This document shows positions 60,724 to 64,000 of a stretch of 64,000 nucleotides of DNA, piece by piece (the first letter of the stretch is position 1; each line of letters begins with the position of its first letter). The stretch lies in NCBI GenBank assembly GCA_024679065.1, contig JAGIQG010000022.1, forward strand, positions 35,898,001 to 35,962,000, read 5' to 3'. The notes below the pieces were generated by a model. That model saw only the letters and a program-made list of their open reading frames with translations. It did not search any database and had not been told where the DNA came from. The position numbers and the translations under genes were made by a program. This DNA is from Sphyrna mokarran. Taxonomy: Eukaryota.

Positions 60724-61630
60724 GCACACAAATTTACGAGATTTTTTCTAAGTGTCCAGCCAGTCTAAAAATGGGTGAGTTTGAGATATGTTCTTTGGGC
60801 ACTCGATCTCTACAAAGACGGACTAGTCAGTTTCTAGTCAGAGAGGCTGTGGACAGGGCCTAACTGGCCAGACAGCTTATAGAGAGATGTATTACGCATG
60901 TGCAGACCTCAGATGCTGCACATGCGCATTAGCAGGATCTGTCAGACAGAGAGAGAGAGAGAGAGAGCGCTATCAGGCCCCTGCTACAGAAGGTAGTCCC
61001 ATGGTCCAAATTGCAGACCCCACTATCCCCCTGCTGCCCAGACCAAATGTGGACTCCCTTCTTCCCCCACCAATCACATGCAGACTGGCCTCCTTTCCCC
61101 CCACAGGTTTGGTCCCATTGGTCCTCCCCTGAAGGCTCCATCAAATTAGCTCTACTTCCACTCACCTTGCCCCCGCACCCCCCCTCCCCCTCATAGCCTC
61201 TGCACCCATTGGCCCTTCCCCTGCACTGTCCAGATGCTCTATGGGCATTTTCCAGGTGCCAGGTGGCATGGCCAGTCTGGCACTACCCAAGACGCACCAC
61301 CCTTGCACTCAGCCTCCCCCCAATGGCCTCTGGTTCCACTGGTGAGGCCAACATGATTGTTCCTCATTCATGATGTTTCCCCTATTGGAGAGAACATCTT
61401 TTGGCGAGGCCATAAAGGTAAATGAGCCTGAATGATTGAGTGCTGGACTGACTAAACAGATAGAAATGAATATTAGAATAAATATCAAAAAATTAGTCAG
61501 TCTCTCACCAATTTCTGGTGAGAGACTAACCGGGCATAGTAAAACTGCACCAGTCGTGAAAACTGCTGTCAATCACGTTAGGCATTTTCTCACCACAAAA
61601 TGAACGTAAAGCCATGGTAAAATTCCGCCC
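60724..61630. mobile_element. Non-autonomous Harbinger-like element
   Basis: Right end GGTAAAATTCCGCCC followed by ATA. The left end is a degenerate AAATTTACG. The interior (GCACATGCGCA, GGCACT motifs) is related to 54286-55225. Confidence 0.55.
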
Positions 61631-61887
61631 ATAATCTCTGATACAAATCCTCCGTTTAGTGGCATGTCATTTAGGACCATGTGTGGGAAGTAGGGAATAG
61701 ATCACACTGCTTCTTCTTGCATCAACCCAGCCTAATTGTTACATTGTTGAAATTCTAAACTGCAGGTTTACACATGGCAAAACCAAATTTTAGGACAACA
61801 TTTCAAAGAGCAACCAGCTCATCACTGGAAGAATGTTTAGGAAGACTAATCTACTTAGTTATCATTAACTCTTCCAGAAATCAAAAC

Positions 61888-64000
61888 ACTGAAGGAGTGT
61901 TGCACTGTCAGAGGGACAATATTAAGGGAGTGCTGCACTGTCAGATGGAAAGTATTAAGGGAGTGCTGCACTGTCAGAGGGACAGTGTTAAGGGAGTACG
62001 GCACTGTCAGAGGGACAGTATTAAGGGAGTGCTGCAATGTCAGATGGACAGTATTAAGGGAGTGCTGCACTGTCAGGTGGACAATATTAAGGGAGTGCTG
62101 CACTGTCAGAGGGACAGTATTAAGGGAGTGCTGCACTGTCAGATGGACAGTATTAAGGGAGTGCTGCACTGTCAGAGGGACAGCATTAAGGGAGTGCTGC
62201 ACTGTCAGAGGGACAGTATTAAGGGAGTGCTGCACTGTAAGATGGACAGTATTAAGGGAGTGCTGCACTGTTAAAGGGACAGTATTAAGGGAGTGCTGCA
62301 CTGTCAAAAGGACAGGATGAAAGGAATGCTGCACTGTCAGAGGGACAGTATTAAGGGAGTGCTGCACTGTCAGATGGACAGTATTAAGGGAGTGCTGCAC
62401 TGTCAGAGGGACAGTATTAAGGGAGTGCTGCACTGTCAGAGGGAGAGTATTAAGGGAGTGCTGCACTGTCAGAGGGACAGTATTAAGGGAGTGCTGCACT
62501 GTCAGAGGGACAGTGTTAAGGGAGTGCTGCACTGTCGGAGGGAGAGTATTAAGGGAGTGCTGCACCATCGGTGAGAACGTATTAAGGGAGTGCTGCACTG
62601 TCAGGTGGACAGTATTAAGCGAGTGCTGCACTGTCAGATGGACAGTATTAAGGGAGTACTGCACTGTCAGATGGACAGTATTAAGGGAGTGCTGCACTGT
62701 CAGATAGACAGTATTAAGGGAGTGCTACAATGTCAGAGGGACAGTATTAAGGGAGTGCTGCACTGTCAGATGGACAGTATTAAGGGAGTGCTGCACTGTC
62801 AGAGGGACAGTATTAAGGGAGTGCTGCACTGTCAGAGGGACAGTATTAAGGGAGTGCTGCACTGTCAGAGGGACAGTATTAAGGGAGTGCTGCACTGTCA
62901 GATGGACAGTATTAAGGGAGTGCTGCACTGTCAGAGGGACAGTATTAAGGGAGTGCTACAATGTCAGAGGGACAGTATTAAGGGAGTGCTGCACTGTCAG
63001 AGGACAGTATTAGGGAGTGCTGCACTGTCAGAAGGACAGTATTAAGGGGTGCTACACTGTCAAGGGAGAGTTTAAGGAGTGCTGCACCATCGGTGAGACA
63101 GCATTAAGGGAGTGCTGCACTGTCAAGGGACAGTATTAAGGAGTGCTGCCTGTCAGAGGAAGAAAACCACTGCTGCACTGTCGAGGGACAGTATTAAGGG
63201 AGTGCTGCACCATCGTGAGACAGATAAGGAGGCGCACTATATTAAGGGAGTGCTCACTGTCAAGGGACAGTATTAAGGGAGTGCTGCACTGTCAGAGGGA
63301 CAGTATTAAGGGAGTGCTGCACTGTCAGAGGGACAGTATTAAGGGAGTGCTGCACTGTCAGAGGGACAGTATTAAGGGAGTGCTGCACTGTCAGAGGGAC
63401 AGTATTAAGGGAGTGCTGCACTGTCAGAGGGACAGTATTAAGGGAGTGCTGCACCATCGGTGAGACAGTATTAAGGGAGTGCTGCACTGTCAGAGGGACA
63501 GTATTAAGGGATTGCTGCACTGTCTGAGGGACAGTATTAAGGGAGTGCTGCACCATCGGTGAGACAGTATTAAGGGAGTGCTGCACTGTCAGAGGGACAG
63601 TATTAAGGGAGTGCTGCACTGTCAGAGGGACAGTATTAAGGGAGTGCTGCACTGTCAGAGGGACAGTATTAAGGGAGTGCTGCACTGTCAGAGGGACAGT
63701 ATTAAGGGAGTGCTGCACCATCGGTGGAACGTATTAAGGGAGTGCTGCACTGTCAGAGGGACAGTATTAAGGGATTGCTGCACTGTCTGAGGGACAGTAT
63801 TAAGGGAGTGCTGCACCATCGGTGAGACAGTATTAAGGGAGTGCTGCACTGTCAGAGGGACAGTATTAAGGGAGTGCTGCACTGTCAGAGGGACAGTATT
63901 AAGGGAGTGCTGCACTGTCAGAGGGACAGTATTAAGGGAGTGCTGCACTGTCAGAGGGACAGTATTAAGGGAATGCTGCACTGTCAGATGGACAGTATTA
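61888..64000. repeat. 33-bp tandem satellite/minisatellite (over 60 units, continues past the window)
   Basis: Unit GAGGGACAGTATTAAGGGAGTGCTGCACTGTCA. The 11-aa periodic ORFs (QRDSIKGVLHC, TVQHSLNTVPL) confirm the 33-bp period. Confidence 0.98.

Noticed and set aside
61774-63981. Long repetitive ORFs on both strands (GVLHCQRDSIK, TVQHSLNTVPL, VLRECCTVRGT) that resemble Cys/His-rich proteins
   Set aside because: They arise because the 33-bp unit is a multiple of 3 and lacks stops in several frames. Both strands are open, indels break the frames, and there is no codon-position bias.
61888-64000. CRISPR-like appearance (33-bp partially palindromic repeat)
   Set aside because: The units are head-to-tail with no unique spacers, there are no cas genes, and the context is vertebrate.

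Overview
Eukaryotic, repeat-saturated, non-genic-looking DNA. The repeat complement (HE1/V-SINEs, CR1/HER1-type LINEs, a Deu-domain SINE, shark-type Penelope ends) points to a cartilaginous fish, probably a shark; this is inferred from recalled family consensus sequences, not from a database search. I found no host protein-coding exon I can recognise with confidence, and only weak splice-signal candidates are listed. Every long ORF is transposon-derived or a by-product of a tandem array. The window contains young and old CR1 LINEs (one with an intact 338-aa RT C-terminal ORF), L2, RTE and Rex1/Babar LINE remnants, a decayed PIF/Harbinger transposon with several non-autonomous derivatives, a Gypsy integrase remnant, two related solo LTRs, two tRNA-SINE families and a 33-bp satellite running off the right end. 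Best leads: (1) a near-intact minimal hammerhead ribozyme in a Penelope-type terminal repeat at 10606-10644; (2) the 33-bp satellite, apparently amplified from a Deu-SINE segment and carrying an 8-unit higher-order repeat; (3) V-SINEs with two alternative 3' tails matching two different LINE partners present in the window; (4) a locally templated ~80-bp insertion inside a SINE; (5) several nested insertions with readable target-site duplications (TSDs). Boundaries of old repeats are approximate.
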